A stretch of 64,000 bases of DNA from Barthelona sp. PCE (Eukaryota), in the NCBI GenBank assembly GCA_040285745.1, contig JAUFOR010000004.1, positions 930,001-994,000 on the forward strand, given 5' to 3'. Position 1 is the first letter of the stretch. Every line of letters starts with the position of its first letter. Positions 30,301 to 37,688 of this stretch are shown here, piece after piece. The notes beneath the pieces were generated by a model, which worked only from the letters and a program-made list of their open reading frames with translations, was not told where the DNA came from and searched no databases. Position numbers and translations under genes: made by a program.

Positions 30301-32994
30301 CACCGTAAGCTTCTGCCCCATAACGCCCATGATCTGCTAGACGCCACATGGGCCCAAGCATTACAGTTGAGCAGTCCTATTCTAGAAATCGAAGTTCCCC
30401 ATGAGATGGTGGAGCTCGATTTTGAGCGTCTCATGTTGCTCAACTGCGACCTTGACGAGGAGGATAAGATCGACCTGGAGATCCTTCGAGACTTCCAAGA
30501 TTATTTGGAGATCGAAGCACTGCAGTGTACTGGTCCTTTCCACTCTGCAGCAACACTCACGAAGAGCACCATTGCGTTGAGCCTGTTGCACATTCTGCAC
30601 CGTAACCGCGTAGTCGTCATGTTTGATTCGTTCGACATAATCACCATGATTGCGCATCAGCTCTATCCAGCTGTAAGTTTCATCAGTCTTTACGACGAAG
30701 AGTTCGATGCAAAGATCCGAGACGCGGTCCTCTCTCCGTCCCTCATCGTCATCAGTGACATATCATGCCAATCGGGAATTCCTCAGCATCTGACCGACTT
30801 CTTGGTTGACTTCGAGGAGAAAGAGATCTCCTCCCATCCTCACTGCACCATTGTCCTCGGTCTCATCCACTCAACCATGCTCAGCGCAGTTGCGTTGTCA
30901 CCTCTATCAAAGTACATCTCAGTGAACCTAACGTTCTCTATTGAAGAATTTGAGAGGTTCATTGTACTGTACATAACACAAAAGCTGGACTTGAAAACCT
31001 TCAAGCTTCTTGGCAATCTGTCCAGAGCTCTGTACTGGATCGATAAGCATTGTGTTGATCTTGAGAGTTTGCTGTTGCAAACGGTATCCGAACTTCCAAC
31101 GGAATTAGATCAGTTGCGTGAGGCAGTCAAAGGGGATAAGTACAAGAGTATTTCGAAAACGGTTGCGGACCTCACATTTATCAAGAAGCTACGCAGCGTT
31201 GTTGATTTGGGAATAACATCAATCACGCGTCTCATTAATGATAGACGCCGCTTTTTAGCCTTTGTTCTGTCGCGCCTGTTTGTATGCTCGTCCATGTATG
31301 ACCAAGAGAATCTGAAATGTATGGTTCCTTCAGCCCAGTTCTGTCGCAGTATTATTCTCACTTTTGCAAAGCGAGGTAAACTCGACTTTTTACCGGTTCC
31401 AACTGTCACAAGGATTGAACACGAGCGTTCTCACAAGATTTCTCGGGGTCGTCGTCCCAGTTCCATATCACATAGGCCTAACCTGCAGCTGAACAGATCC
31501 TTTGAGCGCACCAACCCGTCTTCACTGTCGTTGGATAACCCCGAGGTTGTCTCTCTACTCAAACACTTCTGTAGCGTTGCTTTTAGACGACTGGAAAAGC
31601 TAAGCGAAGTATTTGCATTTGCGCTTCAGCTCTGTAATTACTTTGGCTATTTTGATAAAACAGTTTTGAAGGCGCTAAGTATTGCAGAGTCTTGCTCTAA
31701 CCTTGAGGATATGTCCGCATCCATCGAAGATGCATCGTTGCAGGACGCTATCGCAAAAATCATTGCTTTTAAAGAGAACCACTCTCTCGAGTATCACTCT
31801 TGGATCCATTCATCAAATCCATATACGCAAGATATTCCTGACTTAAGCATCTCTTCATGGGATAAGTTTGTTATTGTTCGCTTGCTCAGACCAGACAACG
31901 TTATTGAACTGTACAATTCTATCATTGAGGAATGCTTCGGCTTCACAGTCATTCAGTTGCTGCGCAATCCGGTCTTTGATCATCTTGAGTCGTACCAACA
32001 TCGGTTTGTGACACTGTCAACTTCAAACAGCAACAGGATCCAGGATACCAAGAGCGTCGTGATTAATTCGATTGAGAGCATCTCTCCATCGCTCATTGGT
32101 CACAAGTTCGAATCTCAATGCGTCTTTATTATTACGGATCAGCCTATTCCGCCAGAAATAGCACGTCACTGCTTTTTTGCAGATCGAAGATTCACCTTCT
32201 TTGCAAAGCACGATACGAGCGACGATTTGAGACAGGTACTTACAAAATCAAACGTATCGCTCCAGAGTCGCATATCCTCAGCACTTGACACAATTAACCA
32301 ACATCTCCAGATATCCTTGGATACATCGTTTTTGCAGCATGATTTAGGGATCATCCCATGTGTTGTCAAGAGCTACATCAATTTTATTAATGAGCAGAAG
32401 AACACATTGGAGGGCATTAACAGACTGGTTTCAACAGCTAAGGCTAACGATATGTACCCGTGCAGTGAGCTCATCAGACGACTTTATAATCAGCTTTCGT
32501 CTCTCCAGCTGCCAACTTATTTCTCGTACATCTTCAACACGCATTCCACGACGAAGGTAGTGAAGATCATCGAGAGCAGATTACAATTTGGAAGGCAACT
32601 TCTTTCAGTTGTTTCTACCAAGCAACGAGATTTTTCGCGGACTCCAATTCTGTTTTATCCGCTTTTACATGCGTTGCTCTGTGAAAAGAAACCTAGATAC
32701 TTACTTTTCGCACTTAAAGATCTTTCACATGATGAATGTGAGGTTCTTTGCTTATTCCAACAGGCCAAGTGCGTAGACGTTGTGCTGAAGCTTGAGAACT
32801 CAACAATTGTAGCCCTGCCCCAACCAGGTGCTCTTTCTCCAGCTCCCATCCTGTACATTCACACAACAAATTGGATCCCTCCAAAAGCTACCCAGCTTTT
32901 TTCACATTTCGATCAGTTTATTCTTCCCTCGTATGTTGAGGCAATGTATATTGTTGGAATTGTGTCAGAGGATCCCATCGTTCTTGAACTTTAA
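18391..32994 (+). CDS. Highly divergent dynein heavy chain-like protein (4867 aa) with two IQ motifs
   Basis: Tail motif PLDEVIFWYNRKKILKSLLRQLNS (DHC_N1-like). AAA4-type HVSLVGPASSGKNLLCRIA, then a coiled-coil/MTBD-like stalk, and a C-terminal KFVIVRLLRPD motif. Length is typical of a DHC. IQSTWRGYYERK and IQSAWRGYMVRK. Confidence 0.8.
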   Translation: MVIQDNEVVTSGLKGFFGKHLSAHLSRSDISQLLNNDVFKFRLNYFLFERHTTIVYVFKPKKESIPILSSNVGPPGSRSNSFVGVFDNTEETEYVVSFDCPFAHAEHIVFFIKSPPFVYSRDESSLSVVVGAITQPILNSLNGLISGVLVPLVDNLISLNMPKILLSPVLDPLFSELLIHFQFLNAVSDMTCAENENTVLLPLPPSLNNSPKELIDMYIDLWYKQISLVLKKNHEIKCPLDEVIFWYNRKKILKSLLRQLNSAQLKSFLINNHINFSKFEMSIEEELVLATKIYGLLKPTREIFEQFNSISIQEVISFIPALFECFYQLWLISHDVYVKGMNINIFKLMKCIALVVIDKCKAFLHCEEIFLFDYIKYDEHNNQYKLKLIDDSIIEKLFLKSGTLIKKFKLVVNICSTIKNVFFDYKSKASTNHGVDGKITTPRRGSVVEEEIKKAKIVKMEKRHILFDWNAINNTQLFKELDMFMDRTMDLFELFKIFKHFTLIDNINFSQIFQNVTKYDDLNTIISQYCRDIRNHTVHCIISITQGTIDRCYDEYYVKHEGRDGEEVRHMSYKEYCDKKLGLYECDPISFNSAFYDMEKNAQVLGTELAELLDGGFSNLYDLTGSIELLMFLQPLQQDPVLLTVARVLNKAFVTICAHIYRQTQMIALSAGVSLVELDDIVIPRLPLPVEPTSSHQGQSEFSELTTVQKLQRYANCRDLINKFREKFNHLNFSALPDDVILSQNTQYKRRSEKSENDKLIELGNILLKPASVYTPFELLLLVNSVVKTCFANSLRFLDGAEAEFAGRIAQTYRDFFSTINEQEDYIEGFLRSSLLILEAPESNEFHLDSEEESVSEAESIEEEELDLDSDIDHLMKSIHDAVDDENDKSELTLNFSLVSNVEDDVRLEIPSIKDSDLIGRHVLVNKDPVINDLIFDCKAVCKLFSISEISDIQVPNIVTRLATFSNVYRRIIFTLSFTMNMYNDTLVHINHVIRALLYGPMERCVSLLEKGLELCWDGVECEQFVNDLRSDIMFLLNRVQSLNSIYVLIPNFFDGLMDQGVLNLSDKTFESLGSFIKYVDGSINTLIESIKAFNVDLTDLLQQAYNQLDISHGEPLWTEFVQSIVDLLTPRLEQLVESELSGLLAFLKREDCIMGDIVLSGCRVETTPNHFKEAEIMFISDQSIDLKHRNLFFIVKNLIDRMLTVPAFINIGRPTADNILLTLDTPRFMEVNRNFSIDLRNHVFSVEKSRDVGNLNDFEGVSKIGHLTLDIFNVVERICGDISSIVGELHVSFDPLLASDQLSSMIEFLPISKYMISEIPLVSDTFPSLPVLDDSAGFLKALQDQLHQVKLLQSDILSLPLKKTSNCVMFDLYPLQNSLLTRISRVTNSVRTLLFEIFTVLSDIVDGEISLYDDQLNSAQKTLNYVMNINTSNSYQSASQYNITTEEDKERSISRTEVFNFFYCLFKFKLNSKFIDICIKLWKNALVIIEGVWPSSTLQLNNVFTKLSIRFRNLLTIRDTILPNVVVLGTKFVEHIELKHDDILEKANTMFNNIQQKAPFTVQRLVIPNLDDQCFSTAFSMIDDFFEQFTTLKAECEELDEMEEVYGEKIVGEVPIASIEDLLNEYRDFWNIYKEANELVIVFRSSLFCNTDLFTFQQKTEKIIDRCDSMMYSQSFLSDWYPTLKSLLDYLPLAKRLEQNSITEYSWQRISNLVNENLSGKREFCNIILWPEVFSDDNAVKKISDIISSAEREEENLEVLNGLTTEYQHCSFHSSKYSVSFPRASWITSVFMANEAEAKQIMRSVEILMAKYRKNRIQKPFNRKSRTRNEIDEISAAIVIQSTWRGYYERKMRSFEPGVKMLMEISRRYRAAVVIQSAWRGYMVRKKMWKKQTNKEHISIDIYSIRSFSLFSKNFTVASADTVMNLLTVDDWGSIASAAEYIGPSMRLRHHMDELQNAVDRETPRLSLKFEDWFKRLADIKRLYAMLFSVCFATEGILNLALRAVMSTSYVPAPEKKLSLSHLYRAFCNVLTLLLTKRSITAACDNEIFEALLEMKGYINRCVDDFVEPFWMYEVERAPLLRFIRAGQLPIIAIAFNRCLDKDIMFDSRIFKLERSTLNFLANRCFSNVLALNIKDNEIVSVVDMNGTKMKLNPPISLLYRFSFSLFINTVDQVLELTVDHIFESAKLQDLSEKTTANDLIAMITKVPALYGRCFISYFVSNVNCTRDKIESLLADLACYVPESHLQCLVPMAIRLCAAEKDLKLELDLDELMSSPRFIPTLPTLPLNILPNLEVHNVMEMLKKHRLLIVHDSKGYFEHLIRALLCLEGVCMVDDSNIDDNEFSLEQMKSNAKYAFENNHVLIVRNIKTLSSAVRCQFLQALEACECQVLVHWPSSRVLEFGSFKRYKLQGRVTKMQLRAHLVILCLQKQLPNAVELSNQLASIIVQLRCVLSNYQVQFPISSALINRMLNGTSNLYRRMLGDEESDIELCEQVAAFVINKLVLLHSIPIETLQLGHTHIGPVIVDLEDVVRPVLNQLSPLYGHIEHCDLPSEYDVFTDRVLNTDDITLPMRPYARLLSSFFDTTDSCVVYATSGHPIAISKVLLKCCMTVGYVMNIKIRRLGNLTPRQHVRLYIQQLEEHLFSMPYVGDLLVLFTVMEIESQLAFAIIDRLKRKFIQLSSVPQISERFSSWRIFTMWFRYIPSSVADTDLYQHAKLSVPHHPSESLGMLFSEFWKPHGKSDQLLSVMCLPSIVLPFFTETYIKVFSIPFDHKRIIDIFYSLICSSQYQSMYAPYHILWCGVEVRTHMLMRIARGFEKFGPMELLWTLYYVLTIPLAEKYRKEFDTVFDKLIAQPFIETFNMPPNNACGAHLKNVYIELVTKESFKQQTQNHLRSTFLRTSFIVRPKVKSRLQHDQNMTRSKTAWSVFESIACIPIEDMPPLLLSGNIPLNDMVNYLMDRNKTHIEVYIIRVSPFTTPEDIVSALLAPFVRLNDQISPKRRRGFNLYYFKDFHRIPAFCFSMLSELLVDKHVFVERDRKYVHFNRTLFFLEGEFTKPAIFPPNDEFAGLFVPMCGILTLRFSDSLNTSIVGTLAKAWKIGPTDRNYYLLEAAEQTIAYCLSLFRQVFPLSFGREFLSCDWLLLEPYITLIKEHAPNVDMFGSTFVYLIATVLQSWSLKASTTSERKLISQIIDRSIRRFFPADAVLHIKSVSDVLLVPTKIARLLTKQAKSNQTMIDQSIICDGLVAINRVSIFRRRLLRYLVGSFTHVVSLPVVFLRLLLHLCLLIEGSSHVSLVGPASSGKNLLCRIALRLLCDSEMGKLSVMSLKDVLFDQKSTLEFVRAIVIDNRRIMLRISCSDVDTLTHSQKNVLSCVFEELLCKNSSYNTMLRIISDKTVSIHSEIHAQLSTGRLSYHAIDGAFVGQLSKNVQLITTINSQRLLEQEILQMFVSSFTLATTLHVPVWNKEDWVLASSDVILQLNSKYPLHLTSVERDNVCYHMATVFSQLSRNLSRYSNNVVFHDVVEPAIAPDDLAVYIERFTSLNLLLFEYNSRRLHLIKASHKFVQFANKSLELQRNERQTLRKKLDFLSHSVGELISQIADEKLRLQVSNESLDNERKLLLTENDRLAVLQEGFNAENDVYMRHNMHFKELLTKIRDLPVTDHGTIESADYLNLKLMSSPDLSLCLLSKCILEIISSDSVPAEPIDSFFRLKRTITNFPGFVKLLFMFNITEISTSTVITLERESNTLHDLTEHKNSIVRLFYELIAIIPILHSAIQLKNSRSDELNLCLREIEILRARESHGEQKVRASNSRVNRLRLDLLALINEKTIVQQAFDGVNEIYSVLQLVSNGMDEVTAWTTSVASSVVNSSIVTPAISYRETTSITSSVIATTPKVKTSSRTLDTPNTHTFSRSELGLGTPHNVEAPRELSLHTPVPTCAIVAVILTILPNLPGEYHRSVLSLVVDDMVHRKLLPHNAHDLLDATWAQALQLSSPILEIEVPHEMVELDFERLMLLNCDLDEEDKIDLEILRDFQDYLEIEALQCTGPFHSAATLTKSTIALSLLHILHRNRVVVMFDSFDIITMIAHQLYPAVSFISLYDEEFDAKIRDAVLSPSLIVISDISCQSGIPQHLTDFLVDFEEKEISSHPHCTIVLGLIHSTMLSAVALSPLSKYISVNLTFSIEEFERFIVLYITQKLDLKTFKLLGNLSRALYWIDKHCVDLESLLLQTVSELPTELDQLREAVKGDKYKSISKTVADLTFIKKLRSVVDLGITSITRLINDRRRFLAFVLSRLFVCSSMYDQENLKCMVPSAQFCRSIILTFAKRGKLDFLPVPTVTRIEHERSHKISRGRRPSSISHRPNLQLNRSFERTNPSSLSLDNPEVVSLLKHFCSVAFRRLEKLSEVFAFALQLCNYFGYFDKTVLKALSIAESCSNLEDMSASIEDASLQDAIAKIIAFKENHSLEYHSWIHSSNPYTQDIPDLSISSWDKFVIVRLLRPDNVIELYNSIIEECFGFTVIQLLRNPVFDHLESYQHRFVTLSTSNSNRIQDTKSVVINSIESISPSLIGHKFESQCVFIITDQPIPPEIARHCFFADRRFTFFAKHDTSDDLRQVLTKSNVSLQSRISSALDTINQHLQISLDTSFLQHDLGIIPCVVKSYINFINEQKNTLEGINRLVSTAKANDMYPCSELIRRLYNQLSSLQLPTYFSYIFNTHSTTKVVKIIESRLQFGRQLLSVVSTKQRDFSRTPILFYPLLHALLCEKKPRYLLFALKDLSHDECEVLCLFQQAKCVDVVLKLENSTIVALPQPGALSPAPILYIHTTNWIPPKATQLFSHFDQFILPSYVEAMYIVGIVSEDPIVLEL

Positions 32995-33029
32995 TCAAAA
33001 TAATCAGTAAAACAGTCAAATAATTAGAT

Positions 33030-36000
33030 TTACAACGCACGATTAACATCAGAGACGCCAAAAGTATTAGTTCCAGCAAAGCCAAAGCCAGTGAGTGTTG
33101 AATGTTGCTTCTCATGAAGAGACAAGGGAATCCATTTCAACTCAATGTCTAATGCTGCTAATTCGCTGAAAGCAACTAATTGCCAGAGTGTACCAAGCTT
33201 CTGGAATGAGTATTCGTCAAAGTCCAGTGAGCATCTGATTAGGCTTAGAAGATAATCGGACAATCTTGATTCCTTAAATCCAAAGAGTTCACCGAGAGCC
33301 GTCTTGATAAGGTTTATATCATTGGAACGACTGTGGTGGATCTGATGTTGGATAGTCTCGAGCAACTGTTGAGTCTCATCGCGAGAGAAGAGAACACTTA
33401 ATGAAAGATATACAACCTTTTTAATAGCTGTCAAAATAACACGGTTACTTTCGGGGAGCAGCTGATATGCCGTCTTGAGGCGCATAAAGAGAGTATCGAG
33501 GGTTGATAACTCTGAACTGCGATCATCCAGTGATTTATATATCCTTTGCATTTGCCACAGATTGTTGATGACCAGCGGGCTAGTTTCATTGAGGTTCTCC
33601 TTGCGCTTGAATGCTTCGGTTGAAAACTTAAGGGCATCTATGGGGTCACCAAGACTGAGCGCCAACTCTGCCTTGAAGAAGAGCGCATTACTGCTTTCAA
33701 GGACAAATTTGGTATTTGACTCAAATATGAACATGGCATTGTTGTATGACTCCATAGCTTCTGTAGAGAGGCCAAAGAATTTGAAGAGATGACCAGCTGA
33801 ACAGTAATAACGACCAAGAACGGAGTGTTGTGGACCGCAATACTTCCTAAGTATATCAAGGGCACGTTTAAACGAAGTTACTGAGTTCTCACAATCATTT
33901 TCATGTTTATAGTGATCACTGAGATACTTGAAGAAAGGAACGTGTAGCAGGTTTTCATCACCCAAAATACGGAAGTAGTAAGAGCAATAAGCGTGGATGT
34001 GTCTGGGGTTCATGTTGCTTCTCTCGATGAACGACCATTGAGATGCATCCATGAGATTGACAATGTGCAGCAGCTGAACGTAGCAACGAAGAGAAATGAC
34101 AGTGAATCGTGGGAAGATAGACAAACAAACGCGTAAATACAGACATGCAAGTGATATGAGCTTCTTTATACCAAGCTCCTGCAATCCAATCTTGACAGTC
34201 TTCTGCTGCAACTTCTCCTCGTCCGATTTGCGAAGCGCAGTGCTCGACTGATATGTGACATCCATTAATGACTTCAGTAAATCTATGTATTCAAGCGAAA
34301 TGAGATAACAGTAGTTTGCAATCGATGAGTTGAGATAAAGAGGGTTGATCATGTACTCATTGTACAGTTTAGTGTTGAGTAGGTGAATGATACCACGTGA
34401 AGGTATGAGATCAATCATTGCAACTTTCACGTACATCTGCCACCTCTCGAACTCCCATGCTTCATAAACTGAGTCGATATGGCGGTCGTTAAATACTACA
34501 CCAATAAGGGAGTTTGTTCTGTTAACAACCAATACAGGGTTTAAAATTGAGAAATCAAAGTTTTCAACACCATAGTCAGTAGCTACACGCTTCTGGAGCA
34601 TTTCACGCAAAGAATCGTGTTCGCCCCAAATGTAAACATCATAGAACGAACATAAACATGAACCAAGTTGACGGTTCATATAATCGATAGCTTCTTCTCT
34701 TGACATTTCATAGGTATTCTTGTTTGTTTCAGGATCAAATTTTCCATTCTCTCCACCCATTTCATCAAATCCACCGGCCCTGTTATCCATACCGCCGCTC
34801 TGCCTGACGCCAAACTCATCGACTTGAGGTGGTTGGTGCTGATACGGTGACGATTGGGGCATGTTAGGTGAGTTCTCATCCACCTGTGATCCACCAATAT
34901 TGTGCCTTGACCGACCACTTGTCATAGAATGAGCAATTGAAGCACCTTCATGCGTATTAGGGACATTAAGTGTTGGCTCGTTATGTATCGGTTCTTGATA
35001 ACCGAAGTCATTGCCACCATACATCATACTATAGTACTGTTCTGGATGTAAGAAGATGTACTTACCACGTAATTCCCTGAAATAAGCTCTGAAATTCTCC
35101 TGCATAACACCAAAAAGAACACGAGAGGCCATCTCAGTTAAGAAAGCAGTCCTTACAGTTGGAAGATGTATGTTTTGATACATAAAGCCGAGATAGAAGT
35201 CGGGAATTCCCTTTTCCATCAACAACTGTTCTACCTCAAAGGGAGACGTTACGTTGATATTTAACTCATCAATTTCTCGACATATATCCAATACATAGCT
35301 GACAAAATCACGATGCAACGCAAAAAGTTCATTCATATCATTCTCGTCATCTCTCTCATCTCCAAGCTTCAGGAATGCATCCGAATTGACGCTCAGACCG
35401 TCCAACAACTTGAGGTAGTTTGGAAGATACCTCCGTAAGAGCATTTCCTTCTCAGTCTTTGGTGGTTGATAGAATGCACTAGGAAGGAGTCTGCTGTGGT
35501 TTTCAACAAAGTAAAGACCTTTGTATTCAATTACCCTCAGATCAAATGGTCCTCTAATTGTGACCTCGCCAGAAGATGAACGTACAGTATGAGGCTTACA
35601 ACCAAGACGGTCAAAGAATGTCTCGAAAGTGGGTTCTTCGCTGATCAAATCAACAAATTGACCATCCTTAACACCGTACACAAGTCTACATTGTGCATTG
35701 GTAGGAAACATTGCAACTACACGCATGGTCATCAGCTTATAAGAGAGCACAATTTCAAGCGCAGGGTAAAACGCAGCGCTGTCAGTAGAAAGAATGAGTT
35801 CGGCAGATTTGATAGATAGTTCGGCAGTGTCAACACTAAGACGATCTCTATCAGTATTATTTTCATCTTGAACCCAGGAAAACTTCATCCCGTGAGCATA
35901 GTAGCTGTAATACATAAAGTCATCCGCGTAAAATTCAGGCTGGAACTCAGGGCGACGTCTGAGGTTTGGAAAAACGTGTTGATCGTCATGTCTGAATGGT

Positions 36001-36773
36001 TTATATGTTTGGTGCTCTTCACTAATGTGAAACTCATCAATGATTGTTTTTGCGGTGATCCTTGCTGTGTTGACGAACCTTCTGTAGAAATTTTGAAGTT
36101 GCTCTTGTCGTGAAACGAGCAGCGTGTTGACATTGGTTGTGATGGCAACAAATTCGCTGTAAAAATTATCCCCTTCAACTATTGGGTCATCTGGTGAGTC
36201 AAATAGCTCAGCTCTAGTAGTATCCCGTATTATTTCCTCTTCAGGAACTTCAATTTCTTCAGGTTCAAATGTTTGATCTTGTGGTTCGTTATAATAATCA
36301 TAATCGTCAAAACCAAAATTATTCATGTGCTGGGCTAGCTTGCGAAGGTGTTTGGGTTTGGTGTTTAACAAAGAACCCTCAGGAGAAAGTGTCGAACTAC
36401 CAATTCGTTTTAAATAATTAAGAGAAAATTTTGACTCAGGTGGACGATCGAAAAGATCATCATTACGTTTCATAATAGCAGCTACCCAATCTTCCTTTTC
36501 TTCCATTGTGCTGGCTGCCAGAAGAATTGTATTATCAGCTGTTACTAGTTCAAAACAATGTTGTTTCCCCTTAAAAGGAGCACGCAACTCCACAGTCACG
36601 CCCTCTAAGTTGACATACTTTGCTTTTGGATCATTTGCAGAGCGCAAATACAAAAGCTGGTTTGGCAGCAAATGATAAATTCGCTCGTTCCAGGACCCCC
36701 CGAACACGCCACGGTTGAACTTATACAAGTGGCCCGTCTTCAGATATGATCGTACCTCAGCTTCTTGTGTCAT
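33030..36773 (-). CDS. PH domain + CLU/TIF31-like domains + TPR protein
   Basis: N-terminal PH (KTGHLYK..WNERIYHL..FEL..EKEDWVAAI). CLU-like GPFDLRVIE..RLLP and LLMEKGIPDFYLG..LTEMASR. C-terminal TPR (YCGPQHSVLGRYY). The first ATG is at 36773; the ORF track starts at an upstream TTG. Confidence 0.75.
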   Translation of the reverse strand: MTQEAEVRSYLKTGHLYKFNRGVFGGSWNERIYHLLPNQLLYLRSANDPKAKYVNLEGVTVELRAPFKGKQHCFELVTADNTILLAASTMEEKEDWVAAIMKRNDDLFDRPPESKFSLNYLKRIGSSTLSPEGSLLNTKPKHLRKLAQHMNNFGFDDYDYYNEPQDQTFEPEEIEVPEEEIIRDTTRAELFDSPDDPIVEGDNFYSEFVAITTNVNTLLVSRQEQLQNFYRRFVNTARITAKTIIDEFHISEEHQTYKPFRHDDQHVFPNLRRRPEFQPEFYADDFMYYSYYAHGMKFSWVQDENNTDRDRLSVDTAELSIKSAELILSTDSAAFYPALEIVLSYKLMTMRVVAMFPTNAQCRLVYGVKDGQFVDLISEEPTFETFFDRLGCKPHTVRSSSGEVTIRGPFDLRVIEYKGLYFVENHSRLLPSAFYQPPKTEKEMLLRRYLPNYLKLLDGLSVNSDAFLKLGDERDDENDMNELFALHRDFVSYVLDICREIDELNINVTSPFEVEQLLMEKGIPDFYLGFMYQNIHLPTVRTAFLTEMASRVLFGVMQENFRAYFRELRGKYIFLHPEQYYSMMYGGNDFGYQEPIHNEPTLNVPNTHEGASIAHSMTSGRSRHNIGGSQVDENSPNMPQSSPYQHQPPQVDEFGVRQSGGMDNRAGGFDEMGGENGKFDPETNKNTYEMSREEAIDYMNRQLGSCLCSFYDVYIWGEHDSLREMLQKRVATDYGVENFDFSILNPVLVVNRTNSLIGVVFNDRHIDSVYEAWEFERWQMYVKVAMIDLIPSRGIIHLLNTKLYNEYMINPLYLNSSIANYCYLISLEYIDLLKSLMDVTYQSSTALRKSDEEKLQQKTVKIGLQELGIKKLISLACLYLRVCLSIFPRFTVISLRCYVQLLHIVNLMDASQWSFIERSNMNPRHIHAYCSYYFRILGDENLLHVPFFKYLSDHYKHENDCENSVTSFKRALDILRKYCGPQHSVLGRYYCSAGHLFKFFGLSTEAMESYNNAMFIFESNTKFVLESSNALFFKAELALSLGDPIDALKFSTEAFKRKENLNETSPLVINNLWQMQRIYKSLDDRSSELSTLDTLFMRLKTAYQLLPESNRVILTAIKKVVYLSLSVLFSRDETQQLLETIQHQIHHSRSNDINLIKTALGELFGFKESRLSDYLLSLIRCSLDFDEYSFQKLGTLWQLVAFSELAALDIELKWIPLSLHEKQHSTLTGFGFAGTNTFGVSDVNRAL

Positions 36774-37029
36774 GAAATGGGTAATAAACTTTAGAACGCT
36801 TTTTACCGCGCGCAACAGGTGATATTGGCAGAAAACACCTCAATTTAGAGAGTTCATGTGAAAATGTTTGCCGTTTTTAAGCATCAACCAGAGAAAAATG
36901 CTTTCTCAAAATTCTAGTTTATTTTAAGCTAAAATTTTGTGAATTGCATTAAAAATTACGAATACAGAACTGTTCATCCCTCAATGTTTGGTAAAAATAA
37001 ATGCAAAACTGAACCTGCATTGCACACTT

Positions 37030-37575
37030 TTATTCTAACATATAACCACATTTACCTACTCCTCTAGTAGTGACATTAAACGTCACTGTTATGGATCCGC
37101 AACTTTTTGTGCGAACAACTTCTTGACCAGCAGTTTTTGCCGGAAATGTTGGATCTGTGAACTCAACTGGTCTACCAGAGAAAAATGACCTGATGCTTGT
37201 GATGAAAGAGCTCGAGATAGGCCTATATAATTCAATAGTTTTTGTAAAAGTACCACTTTGTAGAGGAATGTGAATTGCGCCAAAACCCTTTGGTATTTGT
37301 CGTCCAAGAAAATCAAGGCCATACATGGTCAGTATAATCTGTGGCCAACCACTAATGTTACAACTTTGAAATGTGGTGTTGAATGGCAAATTCCAAACAA
37401 CATGCTTGTCTTGATGTGTCTTTTGACAAAACGCAGAAAGTCCCCCGTTGTTGCCATCGATAAGCAGCCAATCTGGACCCTGATAGAATTCGTACTGTGT
37501 CATTAAACTTACATTTCCTGGAAATGAACCTGTTTCAATCAACCCGCGTACATTAACTGTGAAATAATCGCTCAT
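37030..37575 (-). CDS. B9D1: B9 domain-containing protein 1 (ciliary transition zone, MKS module)
   Basis: GPDW, VVWNLPF, GWPQIILTMYGLDFLG, GFGAIHIP, GRPVEFTDP. Confidence 0.85.
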   Translation of the reverse strand: MSDYFTVNVRGLIETGSFPGNVSLMTQYEFYQGPDWLLIDGNNGGLSAFCQKTHQDKHVVWNLPFNTTFQSCNISGWPQIILTMYGLDFLGRQIPKGFGAIHIPLQSGTFTKTIELYRPISSSFITSIRSFFSGRPVEFTDPTFPAKTAGQEVVRTKSCGSITVTFNVTTRGVGKCGYMLE

Positions 37576-37688
37576 ATATCAGTGCAGCACAAAAAACCGC
37601 AAAAAATTAATAAAAGAATCTGTGCAAAGGGGTGGAAAATTGACTTCAATATTTTTTTCCCATTTCACCAGTTTTTTGATAATGTTTT

